A stretch of 64,000 nucleotides of DNA, from contig NC_057749.1 of assembly GCF_004010195.1 (NCBI RefSeq), positions 25,472,669-25,536,668 on the forward strand. Direction: 5' to 3'. This document shows, piece after piece, positions 24,863 to 37,417 of this stretch. The notes beneath the pieces were generated by a model that worked only from the letters and a program-made list of their open reading frames with translations, did no database searches and was not told the origin of the DNA. Source of the stretch: Chiloscyllium plagiosum (Eukaryota). A program made the position numbers and the translations under genes. Numbering within the stretch: position 1 is the first letter of the stretch; each line of letters opens with the position of its first letter.

Positions 24863-25715
24863 CGAACATAGAACATTACAGCACAGTACAGGCCTTTTGG
24901 CTCTCGACGTTGCCCTATGACTCTAGGTACATCCTTCTGAGTACATCAATCTGTATTTCTGTCAGAATCAAAAAGTTTAAAAAATAAAGTACAACGTGAC
25001 ATTGACCAGATGAGCCAAAGGGCTGCAGAGTGGCAAATGGAGTTAAATTTGGATAAATAGGACTCAATTGATTTAGGATATCTGGTTGGACTGAAGAGTC
25101 TGTTTCCCTGCTGTACACCTCTAAGACGCCCTAAACAAACCATACAGCTGCAAGGAACGTGGTGCCAGGAATCGATTATCTTACCCAAAATCATTAAAAG
25201 GGAAAAGGTATTTTTGAAAGAGCTAATGCCTTGAGTCCAGTGACCCTTTTTCAGTTCTGGACTCCAAAACGTTAAGTCTGTTTTATCGACACAGACGCTG
25301 CCAAACCCCCTGAGTTTCTCCAGCAATTCCTGTTGTAGTTTCAGCATCTACAGTTAATTTGAAGGTGAGCATATCGTCCACTGTCTTTCGAGGTAGCTGG
25401 CTGATATTTGCCAGTTTAAGAAATAAAAGAAAGCCTTGCTTTAATATAGCACCTTTCATGACCACCCAACATTTCAAAGTTCATTGCAGTCTGTAAATAA
25501 CTTTCTGAAGTGTGGGCCCTGCTGCAATGTGGGAAATATAACAGGCGATTAGCACACCATAAACAACAAAAGGAGATATTGATTGTGGTACAAATATTAG
25601 ACCACATACCCAGGAGAATTCCCATGTTTTTATCTCGGGCCTCTGTCTACCTGTGAAGTGAGACGGTGCCTCTGTTTAGAAACAACAGTGGCTCAATGCT
25701 TAGCACAGTGGCTAG

Positions 25716-26012
25716 TGGGTGGCACGGTGGCTCAGTGGTTAGCACTACTGCCTCACAGCACCAGGGACCCAGGTTTGATTCCAGCCTTGGGCGACTGTCT
25801 GTGTGGAGTTTGCACATTCTCCCTGTGTCTACATGGGTTTCGTCCCACAATTCAAAGATGTGCAGGCCAGGTGAATTGGCCATGCTAAATTGGCTGTAGT
25901 GTTAGGTGCATAGTCAGAGGGAAATGGGTCTGGGTGGGTTACTCTTTGATGGTCGGTGTGGACTGGTTGGGCCGAATGGCCTGTTTCCACAGTGTAGGGA
26001 AACCAATCTAAC
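25716..26012 (+). mobile_element. V-SINE (HE1-like)
   Basis: Same family features. Confidence 0.85.
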
Positions 26013-28409
26013 CTAGAAAATAGGTGCAGGAGTAGGCCATCCAGTCCTTCGAGCCTGCACCACCATTCCAAAAGATCATGGCTGATAAAATCTCTCTGCT
26101 TAAAGTCTCCATCGTTGGCAAGACAGATATATTTAGCCCCAGAATTTTATGACTCTGTAGATAAGCAAGGGTTGTACGTAGCCAATTCCACTTGCGCATT
26201 TTGGACATTCTTCTGTTGTGTTTACATATTGATGGACCTCGAAACTTTTGAAAAATAAAGACGTGTATAGTTGTACTGTTTCCACGCATCCGCGCGTGAA
26301 TGTAGACATTTGGGAGGGTGGGTAAATGATTGATTATGAGCGAGGACTGAAGTTGGGCAATGTCTTTCTAGTTTGACAGCATACCTCAATGCATATTGTG
26401 TCTTTGCGTCGACAACGCCTTGAAATTTGCTACGAGTCGCCAGTGCACGTTCCTTCAAGCCTGCAAGGAAATGAGTTTGTTTCACCTGAGAAAAGAGTTT
26501 GAATTTGCTCTATAGGAAATGCATTGATAAATTGAATAAGTGAATGAAATTGCACGACAAGGCATAGATGGAGAGATGAATCAATGTAATGCATTGTAAA
26601 AATTCTCAAACACAATTCAAACAAATCATAACCACAAATACGTGAACAAAGAAACGTCACTCGAAATTTGACACTCCTAATGGATAGAGTTCAAATATTG
26701 GCGTCAGATCAATTAGCTCAGTCTCGCACACGGGAATAAGGACTGAACATTATTTGGAGAGGTATTGTATTTGATGGATGTAATTGTATTTGCAACATTG
26801 ATACAGTGAGACACACCGAGCTTTACTTTTATTTTATTTTTAACAACTGAGCTTGTGCCAACGAATTAGTCAGCAAGGCAGTTACATATAGATGTTTTTA
26901 TTATTTTGGAGCAGGTGGCAGTTGAACTCGGATGTATGTATACACGAGTCAACAGATTTAATTTGCTACAAATGGTATAGATTATTCGTGATGGGGTGTA
27001 CTCAGAAAGCATTAAGCGATTGAGAGAGCGAGAGAGATTTACTAATAAGATGAAGGGGCCACTTTCAAATTGTGAACACAGTATAACAGTAGACAGGTGC
27101 TTTGGAGTTACAGACAAATCAGAAACATTAAGTTGGTTTGGTTTTGGGGCGCATCAATAAAAGGCAGGTAGATGTTTAGAAAATATCTGATTAATTTGTT
27201 GTCTGCATTGATACTGAATGAGGGCAGAGATGATATTTCAGAGCATTCACTAACTTGACTGAAGACAATGTAATGGTGAAAATGCATAGTATGAGGGGCT
27301 TTTGATGCAGAGACAATGTTCAAGAGTTCAAGTCCTACCCCCCCCCCCCCTCCCCCCCCCCCCAGTCATATATCTGAATGTTAAGGTTTATAAGATGCTC
27401 AAGGAGATTGACAAGTCAGATGTAGAAAGATGTGAAGAAATCTAGAACAGTGCTTGCCCTTTTCAGATAAGGGGGTACTGAACTAGTTTTAATGTCACAT
27501 GCATTCAAATGAGTACAGTGAAAAGTTTATAGAAAATTTCAAACAGGGGAGAAATTACTTCTCTCAAAGGTTGAAGAACCTGAGGAATTCACAACCCCAG
27601 AGTGCATTGATGCTGGGACTTTGAGTAAATTTAGGGAGGAGATGGACATATTTTTTAATCAGTAATGGGTTGAAGGGTTATGTTCTTAACAGGTTGATTA
27701 AAAATATCTAGAAGATTCACTCTGGACCTCACTGTCGAGTTGTTATTGGGGAAACCATCCTTGTGGAAGGTGCTATGTAAATGCAGGACTTGCTATTGGA
27801 TCACTTCCTTTGTTTTTTAAACATAAATGGGTTAATGTCCGACTTGCAATACTGAGCAATGATGAGGCAAGGAGACATCTGCTGATAGAAGATAATTAAT
27901 TTCCAGTCTATTGTCGAGAAATGTGTTATTGCCGTGAAATATTGTTCTCACCTGCTCAGTTTTCCACCCTGCCTCGCTAATGCTCTGCACCCTCAGGTTA
28001 GGTGGCTCAGTGGTTAGCATTGCTGCCTCACAGCACTAGGGTCCCAGGTTCGAATCCAGCCTTGGGCAACTGTCTGTGTGGAGTTTGTATATTCTCCCAC
28101 AGTCCAAAGATGTGCAGGTTAAGTGAATTGGCCATGGGAAATTGCCCATAGTGCTAGACGCATTAGTCAGAGGGAAATGGTGGGTTACTCTTTGGAGGGT
28201 CAGGTTGGGCTGAAGGACCTGTTTTTGCATGTAGGGGATCTAATCCAATTACTTTCCCTCAGATCTAACTAGATTTAGCTGCTGTTTAACTTCACTGTGT
28301 GTTGTAGTGACCCTCAGGTTAAACTCAGTTGGCTCTCTCTCTCTCTTTAATGAGAGAGCAGCCCTATGGTCCTGTGGGACTAGGGCAGCTTTACCTTTAT
28401 GTTAGAGAC

Positions 28410-28735
28410 AAAAATATTGCAGATGCTGGAATCCAAATAGACAGGCAGGAGGCTGAAAGAACACAGCTAGCCAGACTCCCTTCCCAGCCCCTCCCCAACC
28501 CTTCCACTACTCCCTGCCATCAACTGGATCCATTCTTCCCATTGACCAACCAGGTCGTACCTTCTACCTGTCTTAACCTATCCACACTTCACCACCCTGC
28601 CCCCTCGACCTCCTCTATCTGCAGCTTCCCCAACACCCACCCCAGTCCTGAAGAAGGGTTACACCTGAAATGTCAACTTCTTCACCTCTTGATGCTGCCT
28701 GGCTTGCTGTGTTCTTCCAGCCTCCTGTTCGTTTA
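28410..28735. mobile_element. PLE-derived foldback element, family D
   Basis: caggaggctgaaagaacacagc / gctgtgttcttccagcctcctg inverted arms with a C-rich PLE 3' sequence between them. Confidence 0.7.
28644..28678 (+). ncRNA. Decayed hammerhead motif (family D)
   Basis: AGTC-CTGAAGA-A-GGGT-TAC-ACCT-GAA-ATGT-C-AACT; all three departures from a perfect fold are explicable as CpG-type transitions. Confidence 0.55.
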
Positions 28736-29787
28736 TTACCTTTATATTGGGCAAGGCAAACAGGGTGTTTCTTTAATCTACAGGCTTGGGAAACGCCATT
28801 TAAAAAGTTGAATCCCAAGTGGGGCCAGATGTTGTCTTGCAATGATTAGTAATGGGGAGAGTCTTTTAACGTCTCACTGTCATATAAGAAATAAAGTTCT
28901 TTTATGCCTGAGTAGACTGGAGTTTGCCTTGTCTCTAGTATTAGCATGTTCCCTCAGTCATCTTTGACAATGTAGCACTGCATAGAATGTTAGTTCTGGG
29001 CACAGTAGACCTTTAATAATTATTGTGCAAATTGTATACTTAAGTATTTACACTTGTGCAATTGTCTTGTAATTTATTTTAATTCTCTATAATTGGCTTG
29101 AATTATAATTACAATGATTTTATTTTGTTTCAATCATTTCAACTCAGTGTCTGTTGTCATGATGACTTTTCGATAAGCAATCATCTGTCTGTCTTCAAAT
29201 TTCAGGAGTGGAATTTGTACCCACTTATTCAGAATAACTGAATCATCAACTCCACCCTTTCTCAATGCTCCCTATGCCCTAATTAATCAGGGCCATAAAA
29301 CTGTAAAATTGTGCCGCCAAAAGGATTTTTAATCAGTAAGGGGAATCAAGGGTTCTTGAGGGAGAATTACGTCAGCCTTGATCTAATTGGATGGTGGAGC
29401 AGATTTGATGGGCTGAATGGCCTCCTTCTGCTCCTGTGCCTTATGATCTAATTTCGGATCCTTTCTCTTCACCTCCCAATTCCTCCATGAATGGTCCTCT
29501 CCCATTTAAGAACCTTTTCCAGTTCCCTAGTCTAAATAGTATCATTTGCTCCTCATTTTAGCTGTTACATTTTTTCTGCTTACTCTATGCAAATAGAGGG
29601 AGTGAATCTTTAAGAGATTAACCCCAGCCACTGAAGTCTGTAGAACAGAGAGAGGTAATACAGTAAGAGCAACACTGAAATATTGAATCCCGCTGTCCTG
29701 TTTGTTGCAATTCTATTGCACACAACAGAATTCTCTCCCTCCAACGTTTTCATCTTGTGACCATTCTCTCCGATTGCAAAACTTCAT

Positions 29788-30385
29788 GGAATATTGTCCT
29801 TCATTGCTACAGGCATGGAGTTTAAAAACAGGGAAGTGATGCTGCATGTGTATAGGGTGTTGGTGAGGCCACACCTGGAGTACTGCATGCAATTTTGGTC
29901 TCCTTACTTGAGAAAGGATGTACTGGCACTGGAGTGCATGCAGAGGAGGTTCACCAGGTTGATTCCAGAATTGAGGGGAGATTGAGTCGACTGGGACTAT
30001 ACTCATTGAAATTTAGAAGAATCTTACAGAACCATATACATTTATGAAGGGAATAGATGAGATAGAATCAGGGAGGTTGTTTCCATTGGCGGGTGAAACT
30101 AAAACTAGGGAGCGTGCCTCAAAATAAGAGGGAGCAGATCTAGGACTGAGTTGAGGAGGAACTTCTTCACCCAGAGGTTTGCGAATTCCCTGCCCAGTGA
30201 AGCAGTTGAGGCGAGCTCTCTGGATGTTTTTAAGGCAAAAGATAGATTTTGAACAGTAAAGGAATTAAGCGGTATGATGAGCGGGCGCGTAAGTCCAGGG
30301 AAAGACCAGCCATGATCTTATTGAATGGTGGATCTGGCTCGATGGGCCAGATGGGATGCTCCTGCTCCTGGTTCTTATGCTCTAA
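29788..30385 (+). mobile_element. CR1 LINE 3' fragment
   Basis: YRVLVRPHLEYCMQFWSPYLRKDV. Confidence 0.85.
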
Positions 30386-31314
30386 CATTCAGACCAGAAT
30401 CTAACTTTCTTCAGTGCTTCAAGCCATTTTGAACATGACTCCTAATTTCTGCTGTGCTGTCTCTGAGTTAGTTTTCTGTTCATGCAAAAACCAGTTATTG
30501 TCATCATTCAGAGTCAAGAATCCCACAAACTCCTTTTGACCTTCACCACATCCAAATAATTGCTAACCAATAGTCTCCTGGTCCATCAATTCTTCATTTT
30601 TTATTTAGGTCGTTTTGTGTCTCACCCCCTCCCTATCTCAGTAACCACTCCTATAAACCACTGAGATTTTGGCACTCATTCAAAACTTGCCTCTTGGAAT
30701 TCCCCAGTTAACTTTCTACCAACATTCCTGACCCTGTGTTTGCTCTAAGCTCTGAAAAATCCTTTGCCAAAATCTCTTGATCTCTCTCTCTCACTCTGTC
30801 TATCTTGCTCTCTTTCCATTCCTCAGAGCTGACCTTTTCTGAGTGAACCTTTGTCACTCTGTGCTAATATCCACATGGTGCTCCTCAAGATGTTTTGTAA
30901 TATCGAAGGCACAAGTTCTTTTAAAAATTCGTTTTGTGGGATGTGGGTGTTGCTGGCAGGGCCCAGTATTTATTGCCCGTCCCTAGTTGCCCCTTGAGAA
31001 GGTGGGGGTGAGCTGCCTTCTTGAACTGCTGCAGTCCACCCTTCCTCAATGCTCCCTATGCCCTAATTAATCAGGGCCATAAAACTGTAAAATTGTTCCG
31101 CCAAAAGGATTTTTAATCAGTAAGGAGAATCAAGGGTTCTTGAGGGAGAATTACGTCAGCCTTGATCTAATTGGATGGTGGAGCAGATTTGATGGGCTGA
31201 ATGACCTCCTTCTGTTCCTGGGTTCACCCACAATGCCCTTAGGGAGGGAATTCCAGGTTACTGTCTGGAAATCCTCTTGTTCAGAAGCTGCTGTACTGAG
31301 GTGTCAATTATGTG

Positions 31315-31523
31315 GAGAGAGTGAGGGCTGCAGATGCTGGTGATCAGTGTTGAAGAGTGGGATGCTGGATGAGCACAGCAGGTCAGGCAGAATCAGAGGA
31401 GCAGGACAGTTGAATGTTTCAAGCATAAGTTCTTCATCAGGAATGCCATGCTTGAAACGTCGATTCTCCTGCTCCTCGGATGCTGCCTGACTGGCTGTGC
31501 TTTTCCACACCACACTCTTCAAC
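31315..31523. mobile_element. PLE-derived foldback element, family A
   Basis: Inverted arms; degenerate minus-strand hammerhead. Confidence 0.7.
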
Positions 31524-33421
31524 TGTTAACTATGTGGACTTCTCTTAAGAAGGTAACTAATTAAGGAATAGATTTGTAAGATATGAGGCTGACATATCTT
31601 AAAACCAGCTTGAAAGTGACTTGTGTAAACTGAACAATTGAGAATATGTAACTAACTGATTAAATGTTAGACATACCTTTGTTGATGGGCACAGCACTTA
31701 TAATAATAAACAATAGTATCTGAATAAGTGGATTAGCAAACAAGGCATTCAGGTTCGATTTACAATGGAAACTGTAAACTGGCTGAGGTTACCATGAAGG
31801 TCCCATCTTCTTGACTCTCACCTGAAATTAAACTCACCATCAGTCTAACGAGAGAGTGGGGCTATAGATTGGAATATAGTTTCGCCTACTAGCATCTCAA
31901 ACGTTGTTGTAATATTTATGATTATTGCTACTACCCTTTGTTAGCTTTTGACCAGTTCTACCCAGTGCATGAGGAGGTCTTTTCACTCAGCTGATAATGT
32001 CTCTGCCTCTGAGTGCGAAGCTCTGGTTTTGAGTCCCACCTCGATGGCTAAGGAAGATGCCGTCATTATGTGGGCAAGCTGTTATGGGTATCAAACAACA
32101 GAACGCGCCAATTGCAGGCTGTAAGAATGGGAGTGAGTTATGTGATGGAAAAAGGTGTTGAAGCCTCTACTTCACTATCAATAGATCTAAGCTGCAAAAA
32201 GCAGGTAAGAATGGGCACATTGCCACAGAAACTCAGGCCCTCTCAGTGAACCGCAATGCAAATTTGTCTCACAAATCACATTGATGGATATCCTAACATG
32301 TAAATCCGGGTGTGAGAGAGCATGGAGACCAGCAGAGAAGGAGTAGATTAAAACAAGGATGCAATAATGTCCTCTATCACTCAGTATATCTTATGAAAGC
32401 TTGCTGATCTAATACCCAGATCAACAAAATGTTCAGCATAAGGTAACTACAGATAAGGAAGGTTATTTTTACTTCATCTTTTCCAAAAGTTCCTTGTTTA
32501 ATTACCAATCATTTTTTGGGTTTTTTCCCTTAGTGTACTTTGCAAGAAAAACAACTTCCTGCTGTCAGTCTAGAATGCATCTTTTATCTGTTTTTACCCA
32601 CATACTTAGCTTGGTTAGTAATGCAACGCATGTTCAATTCCCGCACTGGCTGAGGTTACCATGAAGGTCCCATCTTCTTGACTCTCACCTGAAATTAAAC
32701 TCACCATCAGTCTAACGAGAGAGTGGGGCTATAGCAACTTTGCCTTTCCTTACCTTTGTGCCACTCTCCCACTCTTAGAGTTTGATGTAAATTACTGCTT
32801 CAGTTACCTTTTTCAAATGGATAGGACTCTGAGGGGGGATGACAGGGTGTTTCCCTCTTGTGGGAGAGTCAGGGACCAGAAGGCATAATCTCAGCATCAT
32901 GGCTCACCCAGTCAGGAAAGAAATGAGGAGGAATTTCTTAGAGGCAGGTGGAATTCTTTAGAGCAGGGGGTTGTAGACTTGAGGTTGTTATGTACATTTA
33001 AGACTGAGATACACATTTTTAATCTGTGAGAAAATCAAGGGTTATAGGGGATAGGCAGTGAAGTGGAGATGAGGATTGTCAGATCAACTACAATCTCATT
33101 GAATGGCTGAGTACTCTTGATGGGCTGAACGGCCATCTTCAGCTCCTATGTCTTACAGTCTTGTGCTCTGGGAGAACAGAGAGCTCCAGCAGATACCTCG
33201 TTCCATTTCCCAGAGGCACTACCCGAACAAATAGTTGCAAATTTGTTGAACAGGTGGGCGCATTAACAACCACGACAGTACCAGATACAAGTCAACAACT
33301 GAGCGAAATCAGAGATAGAGTTATAGAATCGTAGAGGAGTGCAGCACGGCAACAGACCCTTCAGTCTGTCTTGTCCATGCTGACCGCATATCCTAAATTG
33401 ATCTAGTCTCACTTGCAAGTG

Positions 33422-33637
33422 CAGTAGTCCCCCTGTACCAGTGGGGGATATGTTCCAGGATTTACTGCGGAAGCCCAAACCTGTGGATAGGAGCAAACCT
33501 ATTCATTTCAATAGGAAATGTACCTCCCTGGCAGCATTCTGGTCCCTGGTTCCGGAATGTTCCTTATGTTCCGGCCGCAGTAAACAACAAGTAAGTGAAA
33601 CACGGAAATCGATTCCGCAGGTACAGGAGTCACCCTG
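33422..33637. mobile_element. Tigger/pogo-type MITE inserted in CR1
   Basis: CAGTAGTCCCCCTGTACC...GGTACAGGAGTCACCCTG termini; TA on the right, TG on the left. Confidence 0.65.
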
Positions 33638-34044
33638 TATTTGGCTCATATCCCCCTTAACCCTTCCTTTTGGATACCCAGCCAGATAACGTTTAAATGT
33701 TGTAATTGTACCAGCCTCCACCACTTCCTTGGGCAGCTCATTCCCCACATGCATCATCCTCTGCATGAAAAAGTTGGTCCCTTTTTAATCTTTCCCCTCT
33801 CATTTTAAACCTATACCCTCTAGTTGAGAGAGGAAAGATTTAAAAGGGACCTTAGATAAGGGGACCAAGGCTGTTCACGGTCTTCCAAGTGTAGTTCAAC
33901 TGATGCCTTGTATAATTATAATTTTCATTGCAAGAAATTTTGAGGTCAGAAGTAGGGACATCTTACTGCAGGGCTTTGGTGAGACCACATCTGGAGTGTT
34001 GCATGTAGTTTTCCACCAACACAAGATATATTTGCCATAGAGGT

Positions 34045-34672
34045 TCAAACTTGCTGAACGTTTCAGAGAACATCTCTGGGACACACACTAAACAACCCGA
34101 CTGCCCTGTGGCTGATCACTTCAACTCCCCCTCCCACACCACCAAGGACATGCAAGTCCTGGGCCTCCTCTACTGCCAATCCTAGCCACCCGGCAGCTGG
34201 AGGAAGAACACATCATCTTCTGCCTTGGGACCCTCCAACCATTATGCCATCAACGTCAATTTCACCAGTTTCCTCATCTCCCCTCCCCCCAATCTATCTC
34301 AGATCCAACCCTCCAACTGGGCACTAACCTCTTGAACTGACCTACCTGTCCATCTTCCTGCCCACCCATCTGCTGCACCCTCCCCTCGTGGGACTAGATT
34401 AGTTTGGAATATCTGGTCGCCATGGACAGGTTGGACCGAAGGGTCTGTTTCCATTCTGTACATCTCTATGACTCTATCACCAGCACCTGCATCTACCTAT
34501 CACCTTCCAAGCTACCTTCCCCTCAGCCCCAACCCCTCCTATTTATCTCTCAGCCCCCTTTCCCACCCCCACATTCCTGATGAAGGGCTTATGCTTGAAA
34601 CGTTGACTCTCCTGCTCCTCGGATGCTGCCTGACCTGCTGTGCTTTTCCAGCGCCACACCTTTCGACTCTGA
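34045..34672 (+). mobile_element. Penelope-like element 3' fragment (family A parent)
   Basis: LAERFREHL...PVADHFNSPSHTTKDMQVLGLL GIY-YIG tail, C-rich 3' region, hammerhead and family-A tail; contains a short CR1 tail insert at about 34390-34475. Confidence 0.8.
34573..34608 (+). ncRNA. Hammerhead motif (family A) at the 3' end of a PLE fragment
   Basis: ATTC-CTGATGA-A-GGGC-TTAT-GCTT-GAA-ACGT-T-GACT. Confidence 0.62.
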
Positions 34673-35978
34673 TTCACGGGTTGGCAGGATTACCCTGGTT
34701 CACTAGAATTTAAAGAAGATCTGATTGAAGCATGCAAAATTCGAACAGGCTGAACAAACTGGATGCAGGAAAGATATTTTCTGTGGTTGAACCAGGTAAC
34801 TCAGTTTCAGGATACAGGGTAAACCATTTATGACTGAGATATGGAAAGGTTACTTCATTCAAAGGGTAGCAAATCTGTGAATCACACAAAGCTATGGAGG
34901 CCAATTCACTGAATCTTTTCAAGCAAGAGTTAATTTTTTGTATAAAAAAAGACTGGATAGGCTGGGATGTCCTTTATAGGAGATACAGAGGTGACCTTGT
35001 GGAGATTTATAAAATCATGAGGGTTATAGATAGATTTAATGGTAGGTATCTTTTCCCTAGGATGGGGGATTTCAAGATTTAGGACTGCATTTTTAAGGTG
35101 AGAGGAGAGAGATTTAAAAAAGACATGAGGGACAAATCTTTTACACAAGAGATTGGGTCACATACGGACTGAACTTCCTGAAATAATGATAGATGCAGGC
35201 ACAGCCACAATGTTTAAAATTTGGATAAGTACATGAATTTAGAGGGATATGGGCCAGGAGCAGGCAGGTGGGACTAGTTTAGTTTGGGATTGTTTTCAGT
35301 ATAGACCGAAGGGTCTGTTTCTATGCTGTATGACTTTATACTCTATGTGAAGTATCAGGGGATATGGGAAGAGAGCAGGAATATGGCATTAAGGTAGCTG
35401 ATGATATAGAATTTCAAAGCAGGCTGGAAGGGTGAATGGTCTATTCTTGTTCCTTAATTCATAAGTTAGCATTATTTATAGAATCCCTACAGTGTGGAAG
35501 CAGGCTATTCCGCCCATCGACTCCACACCAACCCTCTGATGAGCATTTCACCTAGACCTACTCCACACCGTAACCTTGCGTTTCCCATGGCTAACCCAAC
35601 TATCCTGCACATCCCTGGACACAATAGGTCAACTTAGCATGGCCAATCCACCCTAACCTGCACATCTTTACACTGCTGGAGGAACACCCAGAGGAAACCC
35701 ACCCAGACACAGGGAGAATGTGCAAACTTCACACAGTCGCCCGCGGCTGGATAGTTTTTATATTTTCGCGCTTTGACCCCATTCATATCCTGCCTTTGCA
35801 TTAAACCTCAGCATCCTCAGTCTGAATTGTGTACTCAGCGAGGCATTTTTGATAACTGCTTAGAATGTGAGAGTGTCTGAATGGATATACTAGTACCTGC
35901 TAAATCCAAAGAACTTAAGGTCAAATCTTATTCCAGCAGACTTGAGCCCAGACACCAGGCTGACATTCCAATGCAGTA

Positions 35979-36188
35979 CAGGCTGTAACGTTGTAGATCC
36001 GTTCCATGCAATCCTGTGTTATAAGAATATCATGTAATAGTAGTACCATTTCAACCAATGGGGCCGGAATCACATTATAAACATTGCATGCTTTAAAACC
36101 TCGCGCTTTAGAAACAGTGTTCCCAATTCATCAATCGCGTTATTGTGAATTTGTGTTAACAAAACGCGCATTATGCCAGAACGATCTG
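35979..36188. mobile_element. Tc1/mariner-pogo-type MITE
   Basis: TA|CAG...CAGAACGATCTG|TA; homologous to 44412-44627. Confidence 0.65.
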
Positions 36189-37101
36189 TACTGTCAGAGA
36201 CACCTTCTTTCAGATAAAACCAAGGCATTATCAGTTTTGTCAAGTGTAATAAAAGACCTCATGGCACTGTCCAGTACAGGAAGGGAAGATCTCGCTAGTG
36301 TCCTCCAATATTTAAACCTGAACCAACATCATTAAAACAGATGAATAGCCGTTGCTAAAGGGTTGATATTAATATGTGGATTATCGCATCTACATTAACA
36401 TTGGGAATTAATATAAGATCGCAGCTACTTAGAGATGGTGCTCTCTAGAATCCTTACAAATGTGCAAGCAGACCATTTGGCCCAACAAGTCCACACTGTG
36501 ACTCAGAGTATCCTGCCCGGACCCATTCCCCTACCCTATTACTCTACATTTCCTCCATCTGATGCACTGAACCTACACATTCTTGAACATTATGGGCAAT
36601 TATTAGCATGGCCAATTCACCTAACCTGCACCATTTTGGACTGTTGGAGGAAACCGGAGCAGCCAGAGGAAAACCATGCGACCTGTAGTAGATTTGAAGT
36701 TGTGAGCTTTGCATAGCTAGTCATTAAAATTCAAGACCATGTTTGTCAATTTGAGAAGGCTCATGCGATCTTTTCCAAGTCCTCTCTCAGAACCCAATCA
36801 CAGTAGAACAGTCTTTCTTGGAGTCCTTACAGTCCTGAATATTGCTCTTGTCACCTCACTGTCATCGGGAGCTTGTAGTGAGCAAAGTGGCTGCTATTTT
36901 CTTTGTTGCATTGAACAAGTCACTTTGTACAAAGGGCAAAATGTTGCGAATCTGAAGTGCTAACAGGAAACAGCATCAAGTAGCCCGTGTGGATACTGGA
37001 ACTAGTTATCAGGTCATGAGAGCTCTTTGGTCAAAGTAAGTGTTAACTCAACTTTCTCCACAACTCTTGCTTGAATGTTTCTCACACTTGTTGCTTTTAA
37101 T

Positions 37102-37417
37102 GGGTGGCAGGTTGGCTCAGTGGTTAGCACTGCTGCCTCACAGCACCAGGGTCCCAGGTTTGATTCCAGCCTCGGGTGACTGTCTGTGTGGAGTTTGCAC
37201 ATTCTCCTCGGGTCTGTGTGGGTTTCCTCCGGGTGCTCTGGTTTCCTCCCACAGTCCAAAGATGTGCAGTTCAGGTGAATTGGCAATTCTAAATTGCCCG
37301 TAGTGTTAGGTGCATTAGTCAGAGGGAAATGGGTCTGGGTGGGTTACTCTTCGGAGGTTCGGTGTGAAAGGGTTGTGTCAAAGGGCCTGTTTCCACACTG
37401 TAGGGAATCTAATCTAA
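37102..37417 (+). mobile_element. V-SINE (HE1-like)
   Basis: Same family features. Confidence 0.9.

Noticed and set aside
31524..31764. Possible LTR (TGT...ACA with AATAAA)
   Set aside because: No TSD, second copy or internal domain visible in the window; insufficient support.
37102..37180. tRNA-like sequences with A and B boxes
   Set aside because: These are heads of V-SINEs, continuous with the V-domain and LINE-derived tail; not tRNA genes.
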